Positions 9,896 to 22,177 of a stretch of DNA of 64,000 nt are shown here, piece after piece. The notes beneath the pieces were generated by a model that did no database searches, was not told the DNA's origin, and worked only from the letters and a program-made list of their open reading frames with translations. Origin of the DNA: an uncultured Actinomycetes bacterium (GTDB lineage: Bacteria > Actinomycetota > Thermoleophilia > UBA2241); assembly GCA_963709345.1 (NCBI GenBank), contig CAVPVX010000011.1:224001-288000 (forward strand), given 5' to 3'. Positions within the stretch are counted from its first letter, which is position 1, and each line of letters begins with the position of its first letter. Made by a program: the position numbers and the translations under genes.

Positions 9896-12184
9896 TTGGC
9901 CAAGAGCGACAAGAACGCCCGCGCGGCACGCCGGCAGGCGGCGCGCAAGAAGGCGGCTCGCGAAGAGGCGGCGCGCAAGCGCTCGCCGCGGCCGCCCGCC
10001 GCGGCCGCGCCCGCCGAGCGGCCGCCCGCCAAGCCGTCGCACACCGCGGCCGGGGAGTCTGCCGCCGCGGCCGAGAAGCCCTCCCGCGCGGCCGAGCCGC
10101 CCGAGTCGCCGGACGAGGCGATGAGCCTCGCCCGTCGCATCGCCTGGTGGGCGCTCCTGGCGATGGTGTTCCTGGTGCCCATCGCCATGAGCAACTTCAC
10201 CTTCATCGGCATCGACATGCCGTTCACCTACGACCAGTTCGACATCGTCAAGGTGGCCCTGCAGCGGGTGCTCGGCCTCGTCGCGCTCGGCGCCTGGGCC
10301 TGGGACATGCTCCGCAACGGCGGCAAGCTGCGCCGCACCCCCGTCGACTGGCTCATCCTCGCCTTCCTCGTCTGGGCGGCGATCACCACGATCACGTCGA
10401 TCCACTGGCCGATGGCTCTGTTCGGCAAGCCGCGGCGGTACGAGGGTCTGCTGTCCTTCGTCAACTACGCGGTCATCTACTTCCTCGTGCTGCAGTTCGC
10501 CTGCACGGCGGCGCGGGTGCGCATGCTGGCGCGGTCTCTCTTCTTCGGCAGCCTCGTGGTCGCCGGTTACGGCGCGCTCCAGGCCGTCGGGGTCGACCCG
10601 GTCCAGTGGGCCGCGCTGCCGTTCGAGGCCAACCGCGTCCTTCTCCACCTACGGCAACCCCGACCTGCTGGGCGGCTTCCTCATCTTCGCCGTCACCGTG
10701 GCGCTGGGCCTGGCGCTCACCGAGAAGAACCTCGTGTGGCGGCTCGTCTACTGGGCCGGCTTCGGCCTGAGCGGCCTGGTGCTGATCACCGCGTTCACGC
10801 GCGGCGCCTGGATCGGCGGCGGGCTGAGCCTGCTGCTTCTCGGGGTCATCGCCTGGCGTCATCGCGCGCCGCTGCGCCGTCTCGACTGGATCCCTGCGGG
10901 CGTGAGCGCCGCCGTGGGCATCGGCGTCATCGTGCGCAGTCTCTCGAGCTCCGACGACGTCATGAACTTCGGCAAGCGCCTCGCCTCGATCTTCGAGTTC
11001 GACGCCGGCAGCGGCCAGACGCGCACGGAGATCTGGCAGGCGGCGATCGCCGCCATCAAGGAGCGGCCCGTGCTCGGGTGGGGCGCCGACACGTTCCGCC
11101 TCGTGTTCCCCCAGTTCAAGCCGGTGGAATACGTGCGCGACGCCGGCGGTATGTCCGTGGCCGACAACGCGCACAACTACCCGCTGCAGCTGGCGGCGGG
11201 CGTGGGCATTCCCGGCATGCTCCTGCTGTACGGCGTCTTCGTGTGGGCCGGCATACGCTCGTTCCGCACCGTGTTCGGGCGCTCGCACGACGCCTCCCGC
11301 ATCGTCATCGGCGCCTTCTGGGCCGCCGCCGCCGGGTACCTCGTGCAGCTCTTCTTCGGGCTCTCGGTCACCGGCACCACGTTCCTGCTGTGGGCCGCGA
11401 TCGGCCGTGGTGCTCGCGCCGACCGCCCGGGTCGTGACCGTGAAGGCGCCGCGCTGGGGCGCCGCGGTGGCCGTGGTGATCCTCTGCGCCGCCGCCCTGG
11501 GCATCGGCTACCAGGGGCTCTTCATCCTCGCCGACAACGCGTATCTGCGGGCCGAGGCGACCGGCGACGGCGCCGAGAGCATCGAGTTGGTGCGCCGGGC
11601 CGCCCGGCTGCAGCCGCTGAACGGCACCTACAAGGAAGCCGTCGGGCTGGCCTACGCCGCGCGGGCGCGCGAGTATCTGCGGGCCGGCGCCGCCGCGCAG
11701 CAGCGCGGCGACGACACGACCCCGTACGCCGAAGCGCTTCAGGCAGAACTTCGCGAACGCGGAACGGGCGCTCAAGGAGGCGATCGCCTTCGTGCCGAGC
11801 GAGTACGACTCGTACGTCTCGCTGGCCGAGCTGTTCGTCCTCGGCGGAGAGGCGCTTCGCGAGGACCTGTACCAGAGCGCCGTCCAGGTCGCGCGCCAGG
11901 GCATCGAGGTCGAGCCCTTCGGCACGGCGATACGCGTGCAGCTCGCCCGCGCGCTTCTCGCGCAGGGCAAGACGGACGAAGCCGTCGAGGCGCTCGAGTA
12001 CGTGGTGCGCATCGACCCGTCGGACGGCCGCGCGGCGCTGCTCCTCGCGGGGGTCTATCAGCAGCGGGGCAAGACCGCCGAGGCGCTCGCCTTGCTCCGG
12101 GCCGTCGATGCACGGCTGCCCGGTCAGGCCGGCGTCGCCGAGGCTATCCGGCAGCTCGAGGCGGGCGAGCAGCCCGAGCAGTGA
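9896..12184 (+). CDS. O-antigen ligase/Wzy_C-family membrane protein with C-terminal TPR-like repeats (frameshifts near 10640, 11405 and 11740)
   Basis: TFTRGAWIG, RTEIWQ, GWGADTF and DNAHNYPLQ in ORF 10698-12365; TPR-like helices in 11792-12184. Confidence 0.75.
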
Positions 12185-12243
12185 CGCCGGCCGCCCGGCA
12201 GCGGCGCCGGCGACGGGCGCGGGCGCAGCGCGAGGCCGTACGC

Positions 12244-12288
12244 GACGAGGGAGGCCCGGGAACCGCAGGTTCCCGGGCCTCCCTCGTC
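12244..12288. terminator. Perfect 21-bp hairpin between convergent genes, probable bidirectional terminator
   Basis: GACGAGGGAGGCCCGGGAACC-GCA-GGTTCCCGGGCCTCCCTCGTC; no U-tract. Confidence 0.7.
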
Positions 12289-12312
12289 AGCCGCCGAGCG
12301 TGTGCCGTCCGG

Positions 12313-12636
12313 TCAGGCGATCTCGAACTCCCGCAGGAAGTCCGCCTTGGAGCGCGCGCCGATGACCTTCTTCGCCGGCTCGCCGTCCTTGAACAGGATG
12401 ATCGTCGGGATGCTCATGATGCCGAACTTCTGCGCCGTCGCCGGATTCTCGTCGACGTTGAGCTTGCCGATGCTCACCTTGTCGCCGTGCTCGTCGGCGA
12501 TCTCGTCGAGCACGGGGCCGACCATGCGGCAGGGGCCGCACCACGGCGCCCAGAAGTCGACGATTATCGGATTGCTCGCGGCCGTCAGTTCGGTCTCGAA
12601 GGTCGCGTCGGTCAGGGTCTTCACTTCGGCTGCCAC
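12313..12636 (-). CDS. trxA: Thioredoxin
   Basis: VDFWAPWCGPC and SIPT motifs; GGAGGAG RBS. Confidence 0.95.
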   Translation of the reverse strand: MAAEVKTLTDATFETELTAASNPIIVDFWAPWCGPCRMVGPVLDEIADEHGDKVSIGKLNVDENPATAQKFGIMSIPTIILFKDGEPAKKVIGARSKADFLREFEIA

Positions 12637-12693
12637 TTGGTCTCCTCCTTGGGGGGCAGGTCAGGCCCTGCCGGGTTGATCGTTGCGGTCGTG

Positions 12694-13086
12694 CTACAGC
12701 TTCTCGATGACGCGGCCCAGCCGAGCCTGGATGTCGTCGGCGATCGGGACGAGCTCCGCATTACCCACCATACCCAGCATCGCGCCGGCGTTCACGACGG
12801 TGACTCTGGTGCCGCCGTCGGTCTCGTAGACGACGACGTTGCAGGGCAGCAGGACCCCGATGTCCGGCTCGACGCCGATGGCGTCGTGGGCGGACTGCGG
12901 TCTGCAGGCTCCGAGGATCAAGTAGGGCCGGACGTCGGCGTCGAGCTTGTCCTTCATCGTCTGTTTGACGTCGATCTCGGTGATCACTCCGAAGCCCTCG
13001 GCCTTGAGGGCGTCGCGAACGCGCGCGACGACGATGTCGTAGGCGTCGTCGAACTCGCGACCGGTGCCGTATGCAGATGCGCTCAT
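12694..13086 (-). CDS. DUF302 domain protein
   Basis: GFGVITEID, YLILGAC and IGVLLPCNVVV motifs; RBS GAGGAG before the ATG at 13086. Confidence 0.85.
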   Translation of the reverse strand: MSASAYGTGREFDDAYDIVVARVRDALKAEGFGVITEIDVKQTMKDKLDADVRPYLILGACRPQSAHDAIGVEPDIGVLLPCNVVVYETDGGTRVTVVNAGAMLGMVGNAELVPIADDIQARLGRVIEKL

Positions 13087-13120
13087 GGCAGGACTCCTCG
13101 GTGGTGGGGCTGCCGAGCTT

Positions 13121-13136
13121 ATACCCATTGGGGTAT
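13121..13136. promoter_or_regulatory. CsoR/RcnR-family-like operator upstream of DUF302-trxA
   Basis: ATACCC-ATTG-GGGTAT palindrome with C/G tracts, overlapping a minus-strand -10-like TATAAGCT. Confidence 0.6.
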
Positions 13137-13322
13137 GCTTCCACGCCTCCGCGCGGCTGGGGCGCTCATGGCTACCATGCCCGCGCGATGCCGCCGCCAA
13201 TCGTTGGATCCGCGCCGGCGCTCCTCGCCGACTCCATGCCGTTTCCGGTATCATCGTAGGCTCACGGCCGTCGTTGCTCCGCAGCGCGGCCGGCACAGCT
13301 CCGTGACGAGAAGGTGGAACTT

Positions 13323-14980
13323 GTGAGAAGCGACGAGATCAAGCGCGGCGTGGCGCGCGCACCGCACCGGTCGCTGCTGCGCGCCCTCGGCATCAGCGAT
13401 GCGGAGATGGAGCGCCCCTTCATCGGCATCGCCAACTCGTTCAGCGAGGTCGTCCCCGGCCACGTGCATCTGCGTACCGTGGTCGATGCGGTCAAGGCCG
13501 GTGTGCGCGGGGCCGGGGGCGTGCCGCTCGAGTTCGGCGTCATGGGCATCTGCGACGGCATCGCCATGAACCACTCGGGCATGAACTACTCGCTGCCGAG
13601 CCGCGAGCTGATCGCCGACACGGTCGAGTCGATGACGCTGGCACATGCGTTCGACGCGCTCGTGCTGGTCCCGTGCTGCGACAAGATCGTGCCCGGCATG
13701 CTCATGGCGGCGATGCGCCTCAACGTGCCGGCCGTCATGGTGAGCGGCGGCGCCATGCTGGCGGGGCGCCTGGAAGGCCGTACCCTCGACCTGAACAGCG
13801 TGTTCGAAGCCGTGGGGCGGCACCAGGCCGGCGACCTCGGCGACGAAGGGCTCAAGGCGATCGAGTGCAGCGCCTGCCCGACCTGCGGGTCGTGCTCGGG
13901 CATGTTCACGGCGAACTCCATGAACTGCCTCGCCGAGGTCATCGGCATGGCTCTTCCCGGCAACGGCACGATCCCCGCCGTGTACAGCGAGCGACTGCGC
14001 TTCGCCAAAGAAGGCGGCGCGAAGGTCATGGACGTGCTCGCCGCCGACCTCAAGCCGCGCGACATCCTCACCGACGCGGCGGTGGGCAACGCGCTCGCCG
14101 CCGACGCCAGCCTGGGCTGCAGCACCAACACCGTGCTGCACCTGGCGGCTATCGCCACCGAGGCCGGGCTCGAGTTCGACCTGCGCCGGATCAACGAGGT
14201 AGCGGCGAAGGTCCCGCACCTCTGCAGGATGGCTCCCGCCGGCGCGCATCACATGGAAGACCTGTACCACGCCGGCGGCATCCAGGCGGTCATGAAGCAG
14301 CTCATCGAGGCCGGCCTCATGGACGGCTCCGCCCTCAGCGTGGCCGGCGGCACGGTGGGCGAGGCGGTGGCCGGCGCCCGCGTCGTCGACGACGACGTGA
14401 TCCGGCCCCTCGACCGGCCCTACCACGCCACCGGCGGCCTGGCCGTGCTGTTCGGGAACCTCGCTCCCGACGGCTCCGTGGTCAAGGAGGCCGCCGTCGC
14501 CGACGAGATGCTGCGGCACAGCGGGCCCGCGCGCGTGTTCGAGAGCGAAGAGGCCGCTGTGGCGGCCATCGCGGCGCGTGACATCGCGACCGGCTCGGTC
14601 GTCGTCATCCGCAACGAAGGCCCCAAGGGCGCGCCCGGCATGCCCGAGATGCTGAGCGCCACCTCCATGCTGTCCGGCCAGGGCCGCGACAAGGACGTCG
14701 CGCTCATCACCGACGGCCGCTTCAGCGGCGCGACGCGCGGCGCAGCCATCGGCCACGTGGCGCCGGAGGCCCAGGCCGGCGGCCTCATCGGCCTCGTCCA
14801 CGACGGCGACCCGATCACCATCGACATCCCCGCTCGCTCCCTCACACTCGACGTCTCGGAGGATGAGATCGCGCGGCGCAGGGCGGCGCAGCCGCCCATC
14901 ACGCCGCGCGAAGGCGTATCCGGGTATCTCGCCCGCTACGTCAAACTCGTCTCCGGCGCGGAGAAGGGAGCTGTTCTCCA

Positions 14981-14984
<4 letters not shown>
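13323..14984 (+). CDS. ilvD: Dihydroxy-acid dehydratase
   Basis: PGHVHL, CDGIAM, CDKIVPG, MFTANSMN and TDGRFSG motifs. Confidence 0.96.
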
Positions 14985-16701
<1,717 letters not shown>

Positions 16702-16705
<4 letters not shown>

Positions 16706-17181
16706 AGCACACGCTCTCCATCCTCGTCGAGAACAAGCCCGGCGTGCTCACGCGGGTCGCCGGGCTCTTCGCCCGCCGCGGCTTCAACATCGAGAGCCTG
16801 GCCGTCGGCATGAGCGAGGATCCCCAGCTGAGCCGCATCACCATCGTCATCGACGGCGACGAGCACCCGGTGGACCAGGTCACGAAGCAGCTGCACAAGC
16901 TCATCAACGTGCTCAAGATCCGCGACCTCGACCCCGGCAACGCCGTGGCGGCCGAGCTGCTTCTGGTGCGCGTCGCCGGTGAGGGCGACAAGCGCGACGA
17001 GGTGCTGCAGATCGCCGAGATATTCAAGGCCAAGATCGTCGACGTCGACCGGCGGACGCTCGCGCTGCGAGTGGTCGGCACCAACGACAAGCTCGAGGCG
17101 CTGCTCGAACTGCTGCAGCCGCTCGGCGTGCTCGAGGTGGTGCGCACGGGGACGATCGCGATGGGGCGGGGGCGCGGCTGA
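16702..17181 (+). CDS. ilvN: Acetolactate synthase small subunit
   Basis: LVENKPGVLTRVAGLFARRGFNIESL ACT domain. Confidence 0.96.
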
Positions 17182-17241
17182 GGCTGCGCCCGGCCGCTTC
17201 GTACGATCGCGCCGGTGTGCGCGTACCGGCGAGAGCGCGGC

Positions 17242-17925
17242 ATGAGCCCTGAGCTCGCCGCCGCGCTGTCGCTGGGCGCGCAGGCCTTCATCGTGGGGCT
17301 CTCGGGTGCCATGTCCCCGGGCCCGTACCTCACGGTGACGATCGCGCGCACCATGCAGAAGGGTCCCTTCTCAGCGGCGCTGATGCTCGTCGGGCACGCC
17401 GTCTTGGAGGCCGTGCTGCTGATCGGCTTCGCCTTTGGCCTGCAGCACGTTCTCCAGCTCTCGACCGTGATGCTGGTGCTCGCGCTTGCGGGCGGCGCGG
17501 TCGTGTTGTGGATGGGCTACGGCCTGCTGGCCGGAGCCGTACGAGGCACTATCGCCGCCGATCTGGAGAGCGCCGAGGGCGTCGCCGGCATGTCCGGTCA
17601 TCCCCTCGGCGCCGTCGCCCACGGCGCGATCGTCTCGCTCTCGAATCCCTTCTGGACGATCTGGTGGGCGACGATCGGCGTCAAACTCGCGGCCGACGGC
17701 CTTGCGATCGGGCCGATCGGTGTGGCCGCGTTCTTCATCGGGCACGAGCTTGCAGACATCTCGTGGTACGGGTTCGTGATCGCGGTCGTGCATCGCGGCA
17801 AGGGGCTGCTCACACCGCGCGTGTACTGCATCATCATGGGCGTGCTCGGTGCGGCCCTGCTCTACATCGGTCTGCGCTTCGTCGGCGAGGGACTCGGGAT
17901 CCACCTGCCCTGGCTGCCGCTGTAG
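17242..17925 (+). CDS. LysE-family translocator
   Basis: GLSGAMSPGP, GHAVLE and SNPFWTIWW motifs; hydrophobic. Confidence 0.85.
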   Translation: MSPELAAALSLGAQAFIVGLSGAMSPGPYLTVTIARTMQKGPFSAALMLVGHAVLEAVLLIGFAFGLQHVLQLSTVMLVLALAGGAVVLWMGYGLLAGAVRGTIAADLESAEGVAGMSGHPLGAVAHGAIVSLSNPFWTIWWATIGVKLAADGLAIGPIGVAAFFIGHELADISWYGFVIAVVHRGKGLLTPRVYCIIMGVLGAALLYIGLRFVGEGLGIHLPWLPL

Positions 17926-18049
17926 GCGACCCGGCCGGATCCGAGGTGGTCGCGCCACCGCCATGTGGCCGCTGCACGCGGCACTCTTGTGCCCGTCGTG
18001 TCGGCTCGTGGTACGGTGAGCCCGTCATGCGTTCGCGCGAGACTACAGA

Positions 18050-19294
18050 GTGAAGAGACTCCTGGGGCGGAGAAGCCGGTCGGAGCCACCCGAGGCGCTC
18101 AGTCACGACGCCGCAAGCCGCGCCGTGGGGCGCGTTGCTCTGTGGGGCGTGGTCGTCAGCCTTGCTCTTCTCGCCCTCACCGTGGTCATCGCGCTGGCAT
18201 CTCGCAGCCTTGCTCTCACCGCCGCGGCCGTGGACTGTGCCGTCGATGTCGTCGCTGCGCTCGTCCTCTGGTTGGGTCTCAAGCTCGCCGACCGCAAGTC
18301 GTCCAGGTTCCCGTTCGGCCTCTACAAGATCGAGAACCTGCTGCAAGTGACGATCGCCATCCTCATCTTCATCGCGGCATATGAGATCGGGGTGCAGGCG
18401 TTCAGCCCACGACAGGATGAAGCCAGCATCGACTTGTGGATCATCGCCGGCGTGGTGGTCGCCATCGTGGCCACCTGGGCCTACGGGTGGTACGCGGCCT
18501 CCTGGGGCAAGCGGGTCTCGTCGCCGGCACTGATCGCCGACGGCAAGCACCGCCAGACAGACGTCCTCTCGACCTCGCTCGTGCTCGCTGCCGTGATCTC
18601 GACCTACGCGGGTCTCGACATCGACCGGGTCGCGGCCGTCGTCATCCTCGTGTTCGCCGTCTACTCGGGCTGGGGTCTGCTCGTGGGCGGCATGAAGGTG
18701 CTTCTGGATGCATCGGTGGATGCCGCGACGACGGCGCAGATCCAGCGCCTGCTCGCAGCCGAGGCGCTGGTGGCTCAGGTCGACGATCTGGCGGTGCGCA
18801 GCGCCGGCCGCTATCTCTTTCTCGAGGCCACGCTGCGGCTGCGCACCGAGGACCTGGCCAAGGCTCATGCGACAAGTGAGCGTCTGGAGGCGGAGGTCCG
18901 CGCGGCGATCCCGGCAATCGAGCGGGTGAACTTCCACCTCGAGCCGCGGCGCCGCGAGATCCTTCATGTGGCCGTCCCGCTGGCTTCGGCGGACGGGGAC
19001 ATGAGCGGCGAGTTCGGCGAGGCACCGTACTTCGGCTTCGCCGAGGTGCGGGCGGCCGATGGCCGGGTGCTGCGGCAGGAGGTCATCGTGAACCCCAAGG
19101 CCGGGGCCGAGAAGCAGAAGGGCATCCTGGTCGCCGAGTGGCTCGTGGAACACCGCATCGATGTGCTCGTCACACGGCACGCGGTGAACAAGGGCCCGAG
19201 CTACGTGCTGCGAGAGGCCGGGGTGGAGACACGGATCGCGCAGCATCCCCGGTGGAGCGACGAGCTGGACAGGCTCCGGTCCGACGCCGGTTAG
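18050..19294 (+). CDS. Cation diffusion facilitator (CDF) fused to a C-terminal NifB/NifX-like domain
   Basis: FPFGLYKIEN, LIADGKHRQTD and FHLEP motifs, then VAVPL...EFGEAPYF. Confidence 0.85.
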   Translation: MKRLLGRRSRSEPPEALSHDAASRAVGRVALWGVVVSLALLALTVVIALASRSLALTAAAVDCAVDVVAALVLWLGLKLADRKSSRFPFGLYKIENLLQVTIAILIFIAAYEIGVQAFSPRQDEASIDLWIIAGVVVAIVATWAYGWYAASWGKRVSSPALIADGKHRQTDVLSTSLVLAAVISTYAGLDIDRVAAVVILVFAVYSGWGLLVGGMKVLLDASVDAATTAQIQRLLAAEALVAQVDDLAVRSAGRYLFLEATLRLRTEDLAKAHATSERLEAEVRAAIPAIERVNFHLEPRRREILHVAVPLASADGDMSGEFGEAPYFGFAEVRAADGRVLRQEVIVNPKAGAEKQKGILVAEWLVEHRIDVLVTRHAVNKGPSYVLREAGVETRIAQHPRWSDELDRLRSDAG

Positions 19295-19305
19295 ACCTCG
19301 TCGCG

Positions 19306-19325
19306 TTGTGGGCATAAGCCCATAA
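19306..19325. promoter_or_regulatory. Palindromic operator-like site (copy 1)
   Basis: TTGTGGGCATAAGCCCATAA, an imperfect palindrome about 20 bp upstream of the TehA-like gene. Confidence 0.55.
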
Positions 19326-19347
19326 CCTTTCGACCTACTGGAGCACC

Positions 19348-20370
19348 ATGGACTCTCGCCTGCGGCATCTTCCCGTCTCGATGTTCTCGCTTATCCTCGG
19401 CCTTGCCGGCTACACCGTCGCCACGCAGCGCGTGTTCGGCTATCTCGGCTGGAACCCCACGATCGCGAACGTTCTCCTGGTCGCGATCACCGTGTTCTAC
19501 GTCGTGCTGCTGGTAGCGTACGGTCTCAAGGTGGCGATCTACCGGGACGCCATGCTCGCCGAGTTCCGCCATCCGGTGATGATCAACTTCTTCCCCACGA
19601 TCACGATCTCTCTCCTCCTGCTCAGCATCGCCTACGCGGGGCTGAGCACGCCGCTCTCGTACTACCTCTGGATCGCCGGCGCGGCGCTCAACTTCATCCT
19701 CACCATCGTCGTGCTCTCGACCTGGATGCGACACACGCGCTTCGAGATCACGCACTTCAGCCCGGCGTGGTTCATCCCCGTCGTCGGAAACCTGATCGTG
19801 CCCATTGTGGGGGTGCAGCACGCCCCGGCCGACATCTCCTGGCTGTTCTTCGCGACGGGTCTGGTGTTCGCGGTCGTCTTGATGGTGATCTTCGTGTACC
19901 GCATGGTGTTCCATCAGCCGCTCCACGACCGGCATCTGCCGACGCTGTTCATCATCATCGCGCCACCGGCCATTGGGATGATCGCCTACGTCAAGCTCAC
20001 GGGAGCGTTCGACTCGTTCGCGCGGATCCTGTACTTTCTCGCCGTGTTCTTCGTGATCTTCCTCGTCGCGCACATCCGCCTGTTCAGCCGGCTGCGCTTC
20101 TACCTCTCGTGGTGGGCGTACACCTTCCCGCTGGCGGCATTCACCATCGCGACGTTCCTGGTCGGCGAAGAGACGGGGACGGGCTTCTACCTGGATGCGG
20201 CAACGGTCCTCTGGGGGGCAGTGACAGTGCTGATCGTAGGGCTGCTCATGCGCACGGGGGTCGCGATGCGACGGCGAGAGATCTGCGTCGCCGAACCGGG
20301 AGTGGTGAAGGACGATCCTGCGCCGGATGCCGACGCACTTGCGCCGGAGGACAGCGCGGCCCGGGCGTGA
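19348..20370 (+). CDS. SLAC1/TehA (TDT family) anion channel
   Basis: EFRHPVMINFFP, PAWFIPVVGN and SWWAYTFP motifs; about 10 TM segments. Confidence 0.88.
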   Translation: MDSRLRHLPVSMFSLILGLAGYTVATQRVFGYLGWNPTIANVLLVAITVFYVVLLVAYGLKVAIYRDAMLAEFRHPVMINFFPTITISLLLLSIAYAGLSTPLSYYLWIAGAALNFILTIVVLSTWMRHTRFEITHFSPAWFIPVVGNLIVPIVGVQHAPADISWLFFATGLVFAVVLMVIFVYRMVFHQPLHDRHLPTLFIIIAPPAIGMIAYVKLTGAFDSFARILYFLAVFFVIFLVAHIRLFSRLRFYLSWWAYTFPLAAFTIATFLVGEETGTGFYLDAATVLWGAVTVLIVGLLMRTGVAMRRREICVAEPGVVKDDPAPDADALAPEDSAARA

Positions 20371-20394
20371 CGAGCCCGGCTCCCCGGGTAGTCC

Positions 20395-21291
20395 TCAGCC
20401 TGCCGTCGGCGAGCGGAGCAGGGCATGGGCCTGCAGGGGCAGGCCCGAATGGTGAGCCACGAGCGGGCACTTCACCTTGAACAGGAAGAAGATGTCGGCG
20501 CCGGCGTCACTCAGGGTCTCGTAGTTGCCCTGGCCCTTGGCGATGATCAGATCGGCCCGGTTGAAGACGTCACGAAAGCCCGGCGAGCAGTCGTCGAGGA
20601 GTGTGCCCGGCGCGTCGGAGCCGTTGTCGATCACCGGGGCCAACTCGTTGAGGCCGGCGGTGGCGGCATCGTCCAGCGTGGCATCGTTGAGCACCGGCCG
20701 GCCGCGGACCGCGATGGTCAGCCGCTCCGTGGGGAGTTGCTCGACCAGCAGGCGGTCGACTACGATCTCGCCGCTGTTGTCGGTGAGAAGCAGCAGTCGC
20801 CGGGCGTGTGCGACGGCGGCGCGGAAGTCGTCCACATCGCCGCGGAGAGGTTCCGTGAGGCCGGATTCGAGAGCCTGCACGACCCCGTTGCCGTCTTGTG
20901 ACGATCCCTCTTGCAGAGCGCCGGCCACGGCCGCTGCGTTCATCCCCGCATCCAGAACGTTGGCCGCAATCGCCAGGTGCGCCGCGCTGGCGAGGGGGTC
21001 GGCGGAGTCCTGCACCAGAGTCCGCAGACGCGGCAGCGCCGCGAGCGCCGCGCTGTTGGAGCGGCGCTTGATCTCGGCGTAGGGATCGTCGTTCTCCGTC
21101 AGACGGCGCACCAGACGATGGATGAGCTGGCCGATGTGCGGCGGAGACTGACCGGTCTTGATCTCCGCCGCCAGCATGGCCAGCGCTTCCTGCATGATCC
21201 GATGCTGCGTGGCGTCGTCGTCCGCGGCGGACCGTGCCGCCTCAAGAGCCTGACGCACGAGGCACGGTGTGCAGTCGAGCGTGGTGAGCAT
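20395..21291 (-). CDS. ARMT1-like / DUF89 damage-control phosphatase
   Basis: DCTPCLVRQ, DPY, ANVLD, DNSGE, LNDAT, KGQGNYE and KVKC motifs. Confidence 0.88.
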   Translation of the reverse strand: MLTTLDCTPCLVRQALEAARSAADDDATQHRIMQEALAMLAAEIKTGQSPPHIGQLIHRLVRRLTENDDPYAEIKRRSNSAALAALPRLRTLVQDSADPLASAAHLAIAANVLDAGMNAAAVAGALQEGSSQDGNGVVQALESGLTEPLRGDVDDFRAAVAHARRLLLLTDNSGEIVVDRLLVEQLPTERLTIAVRGRPVLNDATLDDAATAGLNELAPVIDNGSDAPGTLLDDCSPGFRDVFNRADLIIAKGQGNYETLSDAGADIFFLFKVKCPLVAHHSGLPLQAHALLRSPTAG

Positions 21292-21396
21292 GGGAGCCTC
21301 GAAGGCCTTTCGATCGCTGATGACGCGAGAGCGCTCGTGCCGATCGGACGCAGGTTCGAGGCGTGCGATCCTGCTGCCGACTCGGGCCCCACATGA

Positions 21397-21416
21397 TAGT
21401 GGGCATATGCCTGTGC
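21397..21416. promoter_or_regulatory. Palindromic operator-like site (copy 2) next to a minus-strand -10
   Basis: TAGTGGGCATATGCCTGTGC shares the GTGGGCATAWGCC core with copy 1; TATCAT on the minus strand at 21393-21398. Confidence 0.5.
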
Positions 21417-21512
21417 GACCACCCGCCGAGGCGGCCGGCCGTGGCGATGCGCCCTACGCAGTCTGTAGAATCCAGAGTTGGGCGTAGCGGTACCGTTCGA
21501 TTGGGGGATTCC

Positions 21513-22043
21513 GTGCGAATCGATGAGGCCGTTGCTAGCGATCTCGGCAGCGTGTTGGCCGTCGAACGCGCGGCGTTTGGTGGAGACGAGGAGGCGGGAC
21601 TCGTATACGACCTGCTCAACGATCCCAGCGCGAAACCACTGCTGTCGCTTCTTGCACGTGAAGGCGATCGCGCAGTCGGACACATCCTGTTCACTGCGGC
21701 TCGGCTGGATGGAGCAGATCGACACGTCTCAGTTGCGATACTCGCCCCGCTCGCAGTTGCCCCGGAATACCAACGGATCGGCATTGGCGGGAGCTTGATC
21801 GAGGAAGGTATCGCGCATCTGGCGTCGTCGGGTGTCGAGCTCGTCTTCGTGCTGGGGCATCCTCACTACTACCCTCGTCACGGTTTCGTTCCCGCGGGAC
21901 GCCTGGGGCTTTCTGCGCCGTATCCGATCGAGCCGGAGGATGCCTGGATGGTGCGGGCACTTCGTCAGGGAGTCATCGGAGACGTGCGCGGAATGGTCAT
22001 GTGCGCGCACGCGATGGATAAGCCGGAGTACTGGCGCGAGTAG
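21513..22043 (+). CDS. GNAT N-acetyltransferase (YhbS-like)
   Basis: VGHILFT, LAPLAVAPEYQRIGIG and VLGHPHYYPRHGF motifs. Confidence 0.9.
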   Translation: MRIDEAVASDLGSVLAVERAAFGGDEEAGLVYDLLNDPSAKPLLSLLAREGDRAVGHILFTAARLDGADRHVSVAILAPLAVAPEYQRIGIGGSLIEEGIAHLASSGVELVFVLGHPHYYPRHGFVPAGRLGLSAPYPIEPEDAWMVRALRQGVIGDVRGMVMCAHAMDKPEYWRE

Positions 22044-22073
22044 TGCACGCGCGGCACTCGGCTAGTTCGGGCC

Positions 22074-22161
22074 GCCCGACAAGCGCACCCAGCAGACGGC
22101 CAGAAGGTAGGATCGGGAAGAGAGGCGCACCGGCCGCAGCTGATGCGCAACAAGGCTAGAC
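22074..22161 (+). other. Degenerate integron attC-like site 1
   Basis: GCCCGAC-AA-GCGCAC(C)CAGCAG(A)CGGCC...GGCCGCAGCTGATGCGC...GCTAGAC: an imperfect palindrome with two extrahelical bases and decayed R''/R' boxes. Confidence 0.6.
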
Positions 22162-22177
22162 GGACAAGGACCGCTCG

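Noticed and set aside
7565-10648. 1027-aa minus-strand ORF, and similar long antisense ORFs (e.g. 38976-41915, 35559-37625, 59732-61837)
   Set aside because: These are shadow or alternative frames of real genes, expected at this GC content, with no recognisable motifs.
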